Virus record (IMG/VR): IMGVR_UViG_2778261637_000006
Direction: 5' to 3' (one strand)
Length of the DNA stretch: 41,036 nt
Origin: a virus
Taxonomy: Duplodnaviria; Heunggongvirae; Uroviricota; Caudoviricetes
Part shown: positions 9,104 to 18,722 of the stretch, in pieces
How the letters are laid out: each line of letters starts with the position of its first letter
Numbering within the stretch: the first letter of the stretch is position 1
Notes under the pieces: model-generated
The model's input: the letters and a program-made list of their open reading frames with translations, nothing else
Told to the model about the DNA's origin: nothing
Databases searched by the model: none
Position numbers and translations under genes: made by a program

Positions 9104-12100
9104 CAGCGGTACTCCTTACGTTGTTTCTGAGCCAGCAGACGCTCCAGCATTTTTTCCAGCTCATGCAGACTCATATTCAGGGCACCAGTCAGTCCTGCAG
9201 GCGCTGTGGTTTCCCTGCCATTGAGGAAAAACTGAGGATTAAAGCTGACCTGGATACCACCAGACGTTCCACCGCCGGTTGCAGCTGCACCACGGCCTGA
9301 ATATCCGGCAGCCAGGATTTCAGGCGAGGGGATACGGGGAACATCCGGTGTCATCTCATTTGCCAGACGTTGCCCTGGTAAAATCGATGCCCGGGTGGAG
9401 AGCGGAATAACGGGCATGGAAGACAAACTATTGATTACGGCTCCGATCGCATTTTTAGCAGACGACATAAACCCATTGATATCGGGCAACGGCATACTGA
9501 AGCGAACACCTGAAGTGTTATCCCGTATTTCTGGCCCCTGAATGCTCACGGGCATTCTGGGGAGCAGTTCACTGGCCATTCGCTGCCCGGCCAGAGCTGC
9601 AAGCGGAGTGGTCCGCTGCAGGCCAATGGCGGCCCCCTGCGCGATATTGTCACCAAAGCCCATAAACACGCGGCTCGGCGAATGAATGCCCAGCTTTTCG
9701 CTGAACCAGCCACTGATGCTGTCACCCATTCCGGTTACACTGGATTTGAGCGACTCCCATTTGTTTTTGATACCGTTAATCAGACCGTCGACAAGATGGC
9801 CACCGAAGTCGGTGAACTTTGCCGGCAGATCAACACCAAGATATTTCAGCGCAGCTGCAAAGGCTTTATAGAGCAGACCTGCCGGCGACCAGTTAATCAG
9901 CAGCTTACCAGTTCCCGCGATACCGCCGTTAAAGGCTTCCTGAATGTCAGCCCAGCACTGTTTAAACCAGCTACTGATGCTGTCACCCATTCCGGTTACA
10001 CTGGATTTGAGCGACCCCCATTTGTTTTTGATACCGTTAATCAGACCGTCGATAAGATGGCCACCGAAGTCGGTGAACTTTGCCGGCAGAGCAACGCCGA
10101 AATATTTCAGCGCAGCCGCAAAGGCTTTATAGAGCAGGCCTGCCGGCGACCAGTTAATCAGCAACTTACCAATTCCCACAATGCCGCCGTTAAAGGCTTC
10201 CTGAATGTCAGCCCAGCGCTGTTTAAACCAGCTACTGATGCTGTCACCCATTCCGGTTACACTGGATTTGAGCGACCCCCATTTGCTTTTGATACCGTTA
10301 ATCAGACCGTCGATAAGATGGCCACCGAAGTCGGTGAACTTTGCCGGCAGAGCAACGCCGAAATATTTCAGCGCAGCCGCAAAGGCTTTATAGAGCAGGC
10401 CTGCCGGCGACCAGTTAATCAGCAACTTACCAATTCCCACAATGCCGCCGTTAAAGGCTTCCTGAATGTCAGCCCAGCGCTGTTTAAACCAACCACTGAC
10501 AGCCCCCCAGTTGCGGTAGATAAGGTAAGCTGCTGTCGCGACAGCGGTGATAACGAGACCGATGGGATTCATCATCAGCGCTCGCCCAATCCAGAGAACG
10601 GCACGTGCAGCGCTCATAAAACCGCGAACGAGGCTGCCCGCCAGAACTTTGCTGAGTTTCAGTCCTCCGCTGGTCAGTCGGCTGAATCCAGTGACAAGCC
10701 AGCGTAATTTGCCACCTTCTCCGAGTGCGGTAGTCAGTCGATGCCAGTTGGTCCGGAGTAAAACAGTAGTTTTCCAGACGTTCACAAAGGGGGAAATAAG
10801 GAGATTCAGCCCCAGTTTGAGACCAATAGTCGCTATCTTAATCGCAAGGAGCGCACTGATGAGCTTAAAAGCCCCACTGACAAATTGCGGGTGAGTCGCT
10901 ACCCAGTGTTTTGTCCCCTGAATGAGTGGGAGCAGTTCCTGAGTCAGAGAAATAAAAGATGGAGCTAATTGATCGCCCAGCGTAATTGCCAGATCGCGAC
11001 TGCTGACCATAAGTGTTTTAGTGGCTTCAAGGGGAGATTTCAGCCGCTGATCATAAGCACTGGCAAGCAAATCGTTATCCGCAGCCCTGAGAGCACCGGC
11101 ACGGATCTCTCGATATCTGTCCATGTTGGCCAGCATCGGGCGGATAAATGCCATGACCTGCATATCCGCGAACATATCGCCCAGACCAAAGTTTTTCGCC
11201 AGAGCCTGAAGTGCCTCATCTCTTGCCGTATCATTCTTTATTTTCATGGCTGATTTGAAGCCGGCCAGCGCTTCGGGGCTTTTGGCATTGAGGTAACGTT
11301 CTATAACACTCAACATCCCTTCAATCGGAGAGATCCCCGCAGCTTTATAACTCGCAATAGATCCCTGCAAATCAATACCCAGATCAGCAAACTGTTTCTG
11401 AGTATCGCGGGCAAAAATTTTGGTAAGAAAGTTTTTAAAATTATTGGCTGCTTCGTCGGTGGAACCTGCACCGATTTTTGCTATCTGGAGACTGGCCCCG
11501 ATTTCAGCAACAGCCTCTTTTCCACTGGCAAGACCCGCCATCATTGGGGCCAGGGACTGCATCCACTTGACCTGATCCGGGATTTCAAATGACCCCTGGT
11601 CACCGGCATAAGCCATAATATTCTGAACGGCACCAAAATCTCTGGCCGCACCTTTCAGGGAGTTTTGCCAGACTGCGGCCACTTTTGCCCAGTCCTGAGC
11701 AGACGTGCGTGTTGCCGTTGCCGCGCGGGCAATATCCGGCATCAGAAAACCGATATCTGACACATTATCAATATTGTCGCTGATGAGTGAACCCACCGCC
11801 TCCTGCAGCTCATCCTGATACTGATTGTATTTAAGCGCCCAGCCTTTTATCTGTCCGGCAAGTGCATCCCGCGTTTTATTGTCATATTTTGCGGTGATCG
11901 ACATATCAATCATTTTGTCCTGAAAAGACATGGACTGCTGAACGGCAGGGGAAACCGTATGATAAACAGTCTGTGCCATGCCATACGCTTCAATCCCCTG
12001 ACCATACAGCGCCATGCGGTTAGCTTTCAGCGCATCACTGGTAGCGGATGCCGCTGACAGACGGCGCTGCTGGCGCTCAATTTGCTCCATGGTGCGGCTT

Positions 12101-12315
12101 ACCCGCAGCAGCTCGCTGTTGAGATGCTGCATCCGGGAAGAACCCAGTTGACCATAACGTTCTGTTGCACGGGTTAAAGCGTTCTGACGTTCCTGCAGGC
12201 GGCGTGAGGTATCGCTCAGGGAATCAAGCGCACGGCGGGTACCGCTCATTGCAGAACGGAATGTGCTGCCAATCATCCCGCCGATAACAACGCCGACTGA
12301 AAACTGTCCCGACAT
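9103..12315 (-). CDS. Tail tape measure protein
   Basis: 1070 aa, coiled-coil-rich N-terminus, hydrophobic central region, three tandem 87-aa repeats; follows the frameshifted chaperone. Confidence 0.9.
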   Translation of the reverse strand: MSGQFSVGVVIGGMIGSTFRSAMSGTRRALDSLSDTSRRLQERQNALTRATERYGQLGSSRMQHLNSELLRVSRTMEQIERQQRRLSAASATSDALKANRMALYGQGIEAYGMAQTVYHTVSPAVQQSMSFQDKMIDMSITAKYDNKTRDALAGQIKGWALKYNQYQDELQEAVGSLISDNIDNVSDIGFLMPDIARAATATRTSAQDWAKVAAVWQNSLKGAARDFGAVQNIMAYAGDQGSFEIPDQVKWMQSLAPMMAGLASGKEAVAEIGASLQIAKIGAGSTDEAANNFKNFLTKIFARDTQKQFADLGIDLQGSIASYKAAGISPIEGMLSVIERYLNAKSPEALAGFKSAMKIKNDTARDEALQALAKNFGLGDMFADMQVMAFIRPMLANMDRYREIRAGALRAADNDLLASAYDQRLKSPLEATKTLMVSSRDLAITLGDQLAPSFISLTQELLPLIQGTKHWVATHPQFVSGAFKLISALLAIKIATIGLKLGLNLLISPFVNVWKTTVLLRTNWHRLTTALGEGGKLRWLVTGFSRLTSGGLKLSKVLAGSLVRGFMSAARAVLWIGRALMMNPIGLVITAVATAAYLIYRNWGAVSGWFKQRWADIQEAFNGGIVGIGKLLINWSPAGLLYKAFAAALKYFGVALPAKFTDFGGHLIDGLINGIKSKWGSLKSSVTGMGDSISSWFKQRWADIQEAFNGGIVGIGKLLINWSPAGLLYKAFAAALKYFGVALPAKFTDFGGHLIDGLINGIKNKWGSLKSSVTGMGDSISSWFKQCWADIQEAFNGGIAGTGKLLINWSPAGLLYKAFAAALKYLGVDLPAKFTDFGGHLVDGLINGIKNKWESLKSSVTGMGDSISGWFSEKLGIHSPSRVFMGFGDNIAQGAAIGLQRTTPLAALAGQRMASELLPRMPVSIQGPEIRDNTSGVRFSMPLPDINGFMSSAKNAIGAVINSLSSMPVIPLSTRASILPGQRLANEMTPDVPRIPSPEILAAGYSGRGAAATGGGTSGGIQVSFNPQFFLNGRETTAPAGLTGALNMSLHELEKMLERLLAQKQRKEYR
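9690..10480. repeat. Tandem direct repeat, 261-bp unit x3, in-frame in the tape measure gene
   Basis: Near-identical blocks starting about 9700, 9962 and 10223; copies 2 and 3 almost identical. Confidence 0.85.
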
Positions 12316-12390
12316 AGTGGTTAACCTCCGGGGAAGGTGAAAAGACGTGAGGGGATAACGCAGAACAGCCGCTACTGGCGGCTGTCTGTA

Positions 12391-12486
12391 CTATGATTTG
12401 TCGCCGTACTCGCTTTTGATTTGCTCTTCAGCCTGCTCCAGCCACATCTCCAGATCGTCAGTATCGAGGGCATCAATCTCCCCCGG
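12391..12486 (-). CDS. C-terminal extension of the chaperone reached by a putative programmed frameshift (+1/-2 frame)
   Basis: ORF 12391..12648 overlaps the chaperone 3' end in the +1 frame; a G5 run (CCGGGGGAGAUUGA on the mRNA) sits just before the chaperone stop. Confidence 0.4.
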   Translation of the reverse strand, partial: PGEIDALDTDDLEMWLEQAEEQIKSEYGDKS

Positions 12487-12808
12487 CTGAAACCGGAACC
12501 ATCTCGCCAGCAGCCCCTGCGCCTGCGTCAGCGCCCTGGTTGCTCTCACCCATCCCCGTGATGAGCTGAAATCGTTTCTGTAACTGCAGGTAATCAGCCA
12601 GATCCATATTGTCGAGATCTTCCGGGAGAAGACCAGTACTGCGGGCAATCAGCGGTTCGTCCCAGTCTGCCGGGTTTTTGCTGATTTTGCGCACCTGCTT
12701 CAGGTCTTTTACCGTCAGGCGTTTCAGTTCAACCAGCTCAATTCTGGTGCCTGCAGCAGTGGTGAAGGGATAAGACAATTTAAAAGTATCGGATGGGGTC
12801 TGTGACAT
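12473..12808 (-). CDS. Tail assembly chaperone (P2 gpE / Mu gp41-like), short form
   Basis: 111 aa immediately upstream of tape measure; overlapped by a second ORF in another frame. Confidence 0.75.
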   Translation of the reverse strand: MSQTPSDTFKLSYPFTTAAGTRIELVELKRLTVKDLKQVRKISKNPADWDEPLIARSTGLLPEDLDNMDLADYLQLQKRFQLITGMGESNQGADAGAGAAGEMVPVSAGGD

Positions 12809-12905
12809 GATTGTGCTCCTGTGTAAGTTCAGGGCAGTATGTCGGGAGAAGCGCGTGACGGATATTAAAGGAGATTAAGAAGAAGGGGCCGGAGCCCCTG
12901 TGATG

Positions 12906-13187
12906 TCAGCAAGTGCGAAACCCCTTGCAGTTACGCAGGAAAGCGATGAGAAGCGTCTTTCCCTCAGATTTGCCGATGCCGGAGAACCAGTGGTCGGGAG
13001 GCTCCCATGCTTCAATCAAATCCGCCAGTTTGCGGGCCTTTGAACGTGTGCAGTCAATCGGGTCATTGGTTTTACGGGTATTAAAAAGGGTTTCCACCCC
13101 CGGAATATCAAGGAGGGTAAACCACGTACCATTTGACATGCCCAGTGCCGCACATCGTCCTCCTTTATCCGTCAGTTCAACACTCAC
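12906..13187 (-). CDS. Hypothetical small protein between tube and chaperone genes
   Basis: 93-aa ORF, GTG start 3 nt after the tube stop with GGGGG SD-like run; no recognisable motifs. Confidence 0.4.
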   Translation of the reverse strand: MSVELTDKGGRCAALGMSNGTWFTLLDIPGVETLFNTRKTNDPIDCTRSKARKLADLIEAWEPPDHWFSGIGKSEGKTLLIAFLRNCKGFRTC

Positions 13188-13189
13188 CG

Positions 13190-13711
13190 TCAGCCCCCGA
13201 TATTGATACGGTAGTCAGTCAGTTGATCAACACCGCCGACCCGGAAGATGTTGGCCAGATAGTCCAGTTGCAGCAGCTCTTCACCATCCAGTACCTGTCT
13301 GATATACGTGCAGGTGAAGCTACTGGAGAACTCGGCGTTCTCGTGCTGTTTGAACGTCCCCAGCGGGTTCTTCTTGAACATAATCGTCAGGAAGGTGACC
13401 AGCGGGATTTCGTCAATCAGCCCCTGCGAGCTGTAGCGCTGGACGCTGGAACGACACTGCAGTGCCAGCGACCTGTACGGGTTCGCGGCAGACAGCATCG
13501 CATCGCGGTAAAAGCTGTTCCATTTGATTTCGCCTTCCAGCTTGTCAAAACCAGCCGGGAGTTCCACCTTACCCACCATCCCCAGCGCCTTGTGTTCCTG
13601 CATAATCATGGAGACATCGGGGAGTTTGACTTCCTCAGCCCGTCCCAGCAGGTTAGTACCATCCAGATAGATGTTGGCATTCGTGATGCGGTTTATCTCA
13701 ATCTTTGACAT
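13190..13711 (-). CDS. Tail tube protein (Mu M / P2 FII-like)
   Basis: 173 aa, directly downstream of sheath with overlapping stop/start. Confidence 0.85.
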   Translation of the reverse strand: MSKIEINRITNANIYLDGTNLLGRAEEVKLPDVSMIMQEHKALGMVGKVELPAGFDKLEGEIKWNSFYRDAMLSAANPYRSLALQCRSSVQRYSSQGLIDEIPLVTFLTIMFKKNPLGTFKQHENAEFSSSFTCTYIRQVLDGEELLQLDYLANIFRVGGVDQLTDYRINIGG

Positions 13712-15138
13712 CAGTTGCCCCCTTTCAGGGTTAACAGGTATTCCGAGGTGATCTCAGTCTCAAACGTCAGTCGCTCCAGCGGCGGTGGTGGCGTATATTT
13801 GTAGCTCAGCAACAGGTGCCCGGCGGCCAGCTCCGTCTCCGGATTGCGGGCCGGATCAAACCAGCAACGGAAGCCCAGTACCGCACCATCACCAGTCATT
13901 TTGCGACCGTAGGCGTTGACCGACTCCGTCAGTGCATCAATCAGCGCCTGAGTAATCGGCATGTCGATGTACTGCTGGCTGAAATAACGAATGGACTCGT
14001 TGATCACATCACCGGTGCGGCGAACGTTCTCAAAGTTACGCATATGGGTGACCGTTGGCCATGCTGCCGTCCGGTTACCCCACAGACGAAGGCCGCTGCC
14101 GTAACTGCTGAATACCGTGGTGATCCCCTGTTCGTTAAGCAGGTTCACCTCACTCTGCGGGTCATCAATCATCGCGGACAGCTGGCGCTCCACGCCGGTG
14201 ATCCCCAGAATCTCCTGATTGGAGGATGACCACCAGTAGCCCTTGTCCAGATCGACTCTGGCACGCAGACCTGCTGCACGCTGGCTGAGCGGCTCCAGAC
14301 GCTCTGTGTTTGTCACCGGGTCATATACCTTCACATGCGGATAGCACAGACGGACGCGGTCGGAGCTGGTATTGAAGTTGATGGTGCCTTCCGGGCCACG
14401 ACCTGCCAGAGCCTGTGCAAAGGTGGTACCGACAGGCGCATCAATGTAGGTTACCGCGCCCAGCTTCTCTGCCATGGCGATAAGCTCAACTGCGACACTC
14501 TTCTGGGTGCAGAACACCGGCGCAATCAGAATTTTGGCGAAATAGCCGTACAGGTTGAAGCTGTCGTTAAGCAGCTTCATGCCGGTTCGGTTTCCGGCGC
14601 TGTTCACCCCGCCGATGATGTCCGCCGCAGTCACCTTCGACGGGTCCGCGTACTCATAGCTCACCTTCACGCTGCCACCGGCCTCAATAGCCTTGCCCAG
14701 GTTCGTGAGCACACCCGCCTGCGCATCAACACGGTAGTCCGTGTTCGCCGTGTGGGTGGTGCTGCCTTCACTGTTTTTCACCACCACATTAGCGACAACC
14801 GGATGCGCCAGTCTGGCCTGCCCTGTCGATTTGTCAAAGGTAACCACCTCATCCTCGATCGCCGTTTTATGTTTCGCCGGGTCGAGGACGTTAATGACCA
14901 GAACGGTGCCTGCACCATGGTCATAAATCGCATCCAGCGCCTGCGGAATGGTAAAGCCGGTGAACTGGCTGCCAAATGCCGCTGCGTCTTTCTCAGACAG
15001 GCACTGTACCAGCGTATTGACATCCCCCATCGGGGCGGTACCAATCAGGCCAATAACGGCAGATTTCACCGTTTTAACCGGGCGGGCACCGTTTTCCACC
15101 TCAATGGTTTCGGGACCATGCAGATAGTTAGCTGCCAT
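13711..15138 (-). CDS. Contractile tail sheath protein (Mu L / P2 FI-like)
   Basis: 475 aa; position and size typical of myovirus sheath. Confidence 0.9.
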   Translation of the reverse strand: MAANYLHGPETIEVENGARPVKTVKSAVIGLIGTAPMGDVNTLVQCLSEKDAAAFGSQFTGFTIPQALDAIYDHGAGTVLVINVLDPAKHKTAIEDEVVTFDKSTGQARLAHPVVANVVVKNSEGSTTHTANTDYRVDAQAGVLTNLGKAIEAGGSVKVSYEYADPSKVTAADIIGGVNSAGNRTGMKLLNDSFNLYGYFAKILIAPVFCTQKSVAVELIAMAEKLGAVTYIDAPVGTTFAQALAGRGPEGTINFNTSSDRVRLCYPHVKVYDPVTNTERLEPLSQRAAGLRARVDLDKGYWWSSSNQEILGITGVERQLSAMIDDPQSEVNLLNEQGITTVFSSYGSGLRLWGNRTAAWPTVTHMRNFENVRRTGDVINESIRYFSQQYIDMPITQALIDALTESVNAYGRKMTGDGAVLGFRCWFDPARNPETELAAGHLLLSYKYTPPPPLERLTFETEITSEYLLTLKGGN

Positions 15139-15382
15139 GGGTGTCCTCCGTTTTCACTTCGCTGTCACTGCTGCTTCTGCGCTTTGGTGACTGCACAGCC
15201 GGTGTGCCGGCGGGTTTAGTCTCTTCAGGTACCGGCGTCAGATGTTTCAGCGCCACCAGTACCTTCACGTAGTCATGCTCCTCCGGCAGGGAAACCGTCT
15301 TCCCCGGCCAGAGCAGGATTTCGGTTCCGTCCGACAGCGTGACGCCGCTGGCCGGGCCGGAATAGCGGTATTCTTTCATCAC
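15128..15382 (-). CDS. Small phage protein (Mu gp38-like)
   Basis: 84 aa, translationally coupled between gp37-like and sheath. Confidence 0.55.
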   Translation of the reverse strand: MMKEYRYSGPASGVTLSDGTEILLWPGKTVSLPEEHDYVKVLVALKHLTPVPEETKPAGTPAVQSPKRRSSSDSEVKTEDTHGS

Positions 15383-15843
15383 TCGCTTTCCTCATAGTTC
15401 ACTTCGGTTAACAGCGGGCCGGACGGTAAATCGCTGTCTTCGATAAAGACGCTTTCAGTCGCGAAGTCGAGGGCGTACTGCCACAGCCCCCTGACTTCAC
15501 CGATAAACACCTCGCGGGTCAGCCAGATACGGCGGCGGCAGCCGGGCGGGGTGTGGCCACCGAGAATGCGGCGGACAGCATCCAGGACATTAATCGCCCC
15601 TTTTTTACCGTTGAGCTGGCGGAAGACCACCGTGACGCAGAGCTGGATAGTCTGAGACTGGATCACCGCACCGGTATCATCCGGCCTGTCAAAGCGCGAA
15701 CCGGCATAGCTCAACAGCAACGCGCCAACCGGATGGTTCAGGCGATATTCAGCCGGTTTCTCCGGGAAGTACTCCACCTGCAGTTGCGGCAGCTTCTCGC
15801 GTAACCGGGCCAGTACCGCATCAAGGACGGGCAGAACGTTCAT
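15379..15843 (-). CDS. Virion morphogenesis/tail completion protein (Mu gp37-like)
   Basis: 154 aa, conserved position after the head module; overlapping stop/start. Confidence 0.6.
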   Translation of the reverse strand: MNVLPVLDAVLARLREKLPQLQVEYFPEKPAEYRLNHPVGALLLSYAGSRFDRPDDTGAVIQSQTIQLCVTVVFRQLNGKKGAINVLDAVRRILGGHTPPGCRRRIWLTREVFIGEVRGLWQYALDFATESVFIEDSDLPSGPLLTEVNYEESE

Positions 15844-16289
15844 CAGTATTTCTCCAGTAAACCGTCACGACCGCCGAAAGTAGCCGGGCGACTGCGTACA
15901 CGAAACTCGCCAGGCTCAGGCACATCTTTCTGAGTGGACGGCAGCCCCAGCGTGAGCCTGTTATCACGTAACTCCCTGAGTTGCCGCAGCGCTTCTTTGT
16001 GGTCATCCTTCACCGTATCCGGGAGGTCACCTTCCGGGCGGCGGGCGTAGAGCCGGTAACGGACCAGCGTGATGGCAATGTCCCGCAGAACAGTCGGTAT
16101 CTCTGCCAGTGGCAGGATATAGCGTCCGCGCAGATGGGCATCAATCAGCTCGTCGGCATAGCGGATACAGCTGTCCACCACACGGGTATTCACTGTTGCA
16201 GGTGAGTCGAAGTCCATCTCTTCACTGGTGAGCTCGATAAGCGTCCGCTCCGGCACCTGCGCAAGCAAATCCTCCAGGGTGCAGTACAT
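15843..16289 (-). CDS. Head-tail connector-type protein (Mu gp36-like, DUF1320-like)
   Basis: 148 aa from ATG at 16289 (MYCTLEDLLAQ...), 2 nt after the upstream stop; longer upstream start rejected. Confidence 0.6.
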   Translation of the reverse strand: MYCTLEDLLAQVPERTLIELTSEEMDFDSPATVNTRVVDSCIRYADELIDAHLRGRYILPLAEIPTVLRDIAITLVRYRLYARRPEGDLPDTVKDDHKEALRQLRELRDNRLTLGLPSTQKDVPEPGEFRVRSRPATFGGRDGLLEKY

Positions 16290-16290
16290 G

Positions 16291-16629
16291 TCACACCCCG
16301 CGCAGGATACGAATGACGTCGCCTTCACCCCCGGCTTCATCAAGTGCAATACCACAGGATTTACCGTCGCCGGACTGCGGCACGGCTCTGGCCTGAGCAT
16401 CTGACTGAACAGCCACACCACGGCTGACAGCGGCCCCGGCCTCGACAGCAATAATGCCCAGAACGCTCACCGGCGTGCTGTCGCCGGTAACAGCATCCAC
16501 TTCGGCAACCCCGAGCGCTGCGGCACCGGCTTTACAGGGGGTATTATCTGCCCCGACAAAACGCTGCTGTGCCAGTGCTGCCCCTGCCGTTACGGTTGTG
16601 ATCAGAATGACCTGCTGAGTGGTTCCCAT
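16291..16629 (-). CDS. Gly/Ala/Val-rich putative head-associated protein
   Basis: 112 aa directly downstream of the major capsid gene. Confidence 0.55.
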   Translation of the reverse strand: MGTTQQVILITTVTAGAALAQQRFVGADNTPCKAGAAALGVAEVDAVTGDSTPVSVLGIIAVEAGAAVSRGVAVQSDAQARAVPQSGDGKSCGIALDEAGGEGDVIRILRGV

Positions 16630-16638
16630 AACGCCTCC

Positions 16639-17592
16639 TTATTTACTGATACCGGTAATGAGATACCCGGCATCGCCACCAACCACGGCGACTTTGTAGA
16701 TATCGGTATAACGGCAGTACTTCACCTTGCCACCGGCTCCGTCGTATTTGTCGGCAACAGGCATCCCCTTACGACGCAGGGTGTAGCCGAAGGACGGCTC
16801 GTTCTCGTCCGCGCTGTCCGCCCCCGGCTGCGGTTTGCCGACATAGTGCAGCATCAGATTGTCTCCCCAGATATCCGCCGGCACGCTGTTCTTATCCATT
16901 GCCGCTTTCATGGACGGCAGGGAGACTGGGGCACCGATGACGATCTCTTCGATCTGAAAGAGGTCCTGCAGGATTTCTGTGGTGATGCGCTTGCGTTCGT
17001 TGGCTCCGATGGCGGCCTGAATCGCCGGGTGGAACTTCAGCAGCGCCATCACGCCGGCCCCCATGGTCATCAGGTTAGGACGCAGCCCCGTGGCCGTACG
17101 GACCGCTTCCATACCGGCTTCAATCACCCCGATGGGGTCCCCCTTACCACCGGCCCAGCGATCACTGGCTGTCAGTTTTTTGACGTGCCCGGTACGGTAG
17201 ACCTTTTCATCCTGAGCCAGACGGGCAGCGATAAGTTCACGGCGCAGGTTCACGCCATTCGTGGCGCGACGGATGGCCTTGCTCTCTTCGTTAAACATGG
17301 ACTCCGCCTGCTCGCGATAGTCCACCGGCGCAGCCAGATCGTGTTCACCCAGCACCAGGTCCAGCGTGCCTGTTTTTTCACGGACCAGAACATTGCTGTC
17401 CGCCCCGACGGCACGCTCGGTGTCATATTCCACAAAGGCGGTTTTCCCGAAGGTCGGTACACGCACGCCTTCCTTGTCCGTCAGCACGACGGGGAAAATA
17501 CGTTCGCCGATGAATGCGGCATTTTTATAGCCACGGGCGATACTGGTCAGTACCGGATCAACGACACGTTTACCTTTTAAGTAATCAGACAT
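16639..17592 (-). CDS. Major head (capsid) protein, Mu T-like
   Basis: 317 aa; position after the I protease/scaffold gene. Confidence 0.9.
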   Translation of the reverse strand: MSDYLKGKRVVDPVLTSIARGYKNAAFIGERIFPVVLTDKEGVRVPTFGKTAFVEYDTERAVGADSNVLVREKTGTLDLVLGEHDLAAPVDYREQAESMFNEESKAIRRATNGVNLRRELIAARLAQDEKVYRTGHVKKLTASDRWAGGKGDPIGVIEAGMEAVRTATGLRPNLMTMGAGVMALLKFHPAIQAAIGANERKRITTEILQDLFQIEEIVIGAPVSLPSMKAAMDKNSVPADIWGDNLMLHYVGKPQPGADSADENEPSFGYTLRRKGMPVADKYDGAGGKVKYCRYTDIYKVAVVGGDAGYLITGISK

Positions 17593-17606
17593 GCTCTCTC
17601 CTTAAA

Positions 17607-18722
17607 TTACAGGCAGCGTGCGACAGCAGCCTCATAGCTGATGCCTTCTTTTTTGGACAGGGCCACTGCTTTCTGATGCAGGGCCAGACGCTCAGGATCG
17701 GCTTCCGCAAACTCTGCCACATCCACCTTCACCGTGTCGCCGACACGCTCTTTTGTGGCCTGTTCGGCGAAATTCATCACCGGCTCCCCGTCGGAGAGCA
17801 ATGAACGAAAGGCGGTGGCCAGCGGTGTGCGGCTTTCCCCCTCAGCAAACTCCACCGGCTTGTCGCCACCGGCGACGGCATCCAGCAGGGCAACCACCAC
17901 GGAGGAGGCGCGGGGAGCCAGACGGCCCTCTGCGACCAGTTTTTCTGCAAAGGCCACATTGTCCTTATGCAGTTGCTCCTGTCTGACCTGTGCATCACGC
18001 GCATCGCGATCAGCAGCCTGCTGCTTCAGGCGGCGGTTCTCCTCCTGAAGGGCTTCAATCTCTTCTTTTGTCATCGATGATTCCTCGTTACTTGCGGAAG
18101 ACGGCCCCGGGCCTGTCTCACTGAATTGTGCACCTGCTGCATCCTGCGACAGTGTGTCGCGGTACGCCTCTTCGCGCAGACTGTTGAGCTGCCATTCCGG
18201 CAGGACTTTTTCTGCCTCGTCCAGACTGAAGCGGGCGATCAGAAAATCGCGCAGCTTTCCCCACAGGGAGGCATTCGTGATGGCCTGCCAGTCGGCGAAC
18301 TCCACCACACCTTCTTCCTGCTCACTGAAGGACACCTGTTTCAGCCCCTTGACGGAAGGTGGCTGTGCCCCGAGAAAGCCCACATGGCGAAGGTAGAGCA
18401 CGCCGGGCTTCGGATTGGACGGTGAATCCGGGAGGTAGAAAGAGGCGGACACTTTTTTGAATCGTCCGTCGGTGACCATCTCAGCAAACTGCGGGTCCAG
18501 CTGGGCAGGCTCTGCCATCAGATCGACGCCGCTGAGCGACAGGGCTTTCACCCAGCCCCACGCCGGGTCTTCCGTTCTGGGATGACCAATCACGAGTGGT
18601 GCTTCATGGACGGACGGGTCATAGGCTTTCACGCAGGCGGCAAGATCGTCTGGCGTGAACGGCAGTTTTTTGCCGTGCATATCGGTATGAGTACCGGCTT
18701 TAAAAATGTGAATGGCTGACAT
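17607..18722 (-). CDS. Head maturation protease/scaffold, Mu I-like
   Basis: 371 aa; N-terminus MSAIHIFKAGTHTDMHGKKLPFTPDDL typical of Mu I; acidic coiled-coil C-terminal scaffold part. Confidence 0.85.
   Translation of the reverse strand: MSAIHIFKAGTHTDMHGKKLPFTPDDLAACVKAYDPSVHEAPLVIGHPRTEDPAWGWVKALSLSGVDLMAEPAQLDPQFAEMVTDGRFKKVSASFYLPDSPSNPKPGVLYLRHVGFLGAQPPSVKGLKQVSFSEQEEGVVEFADWQAITNASLWGKLRDFLIARFSLDEAEKVLPEWQLNSLREEAYRDTLSQDAAGAQFSETGPGPSSASNEESSMTKEEIEALQEENRRLKQQAADRDARDAQVRQEQLHKDNVAFAEKLVAEGRLAPRASSVVVALLDAVAGGDKPVEFAEGESRTPLATAFRSLLSDGEPVMNFAEQATKERVGDTVKVDVAEFAEADPERLALHQKAVALSKKEGISYEAAVARCL

Noticed and set aside
9682-10707. 341-aa plus-strand ORF with three repeated segments
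   Set aside because: It is antisense to the tape measure gene and created by the in-frame 261-bp tandem repeats; no independent start signal, and the coding partner on the minus strand is strongly supported by context.
12913-13206. 97-aa plus-strand ORF overlapping the 93-aa minus-strand ORF
   Set aside because: S/R/P-rich translation, antisense to the late operon and overlapping the tube gene end; the minus-strand ORF is the more plausible reading.
14335-15219. 294-aa plus-strand ORF
   Set aside because: Antisense to the tail sheath gene; R/H/C-rich translation typical of shadow ORFs.
16846-17580. 244-aa plus-strand ORF
   Set aside because: Antisense to the major capsid gene.
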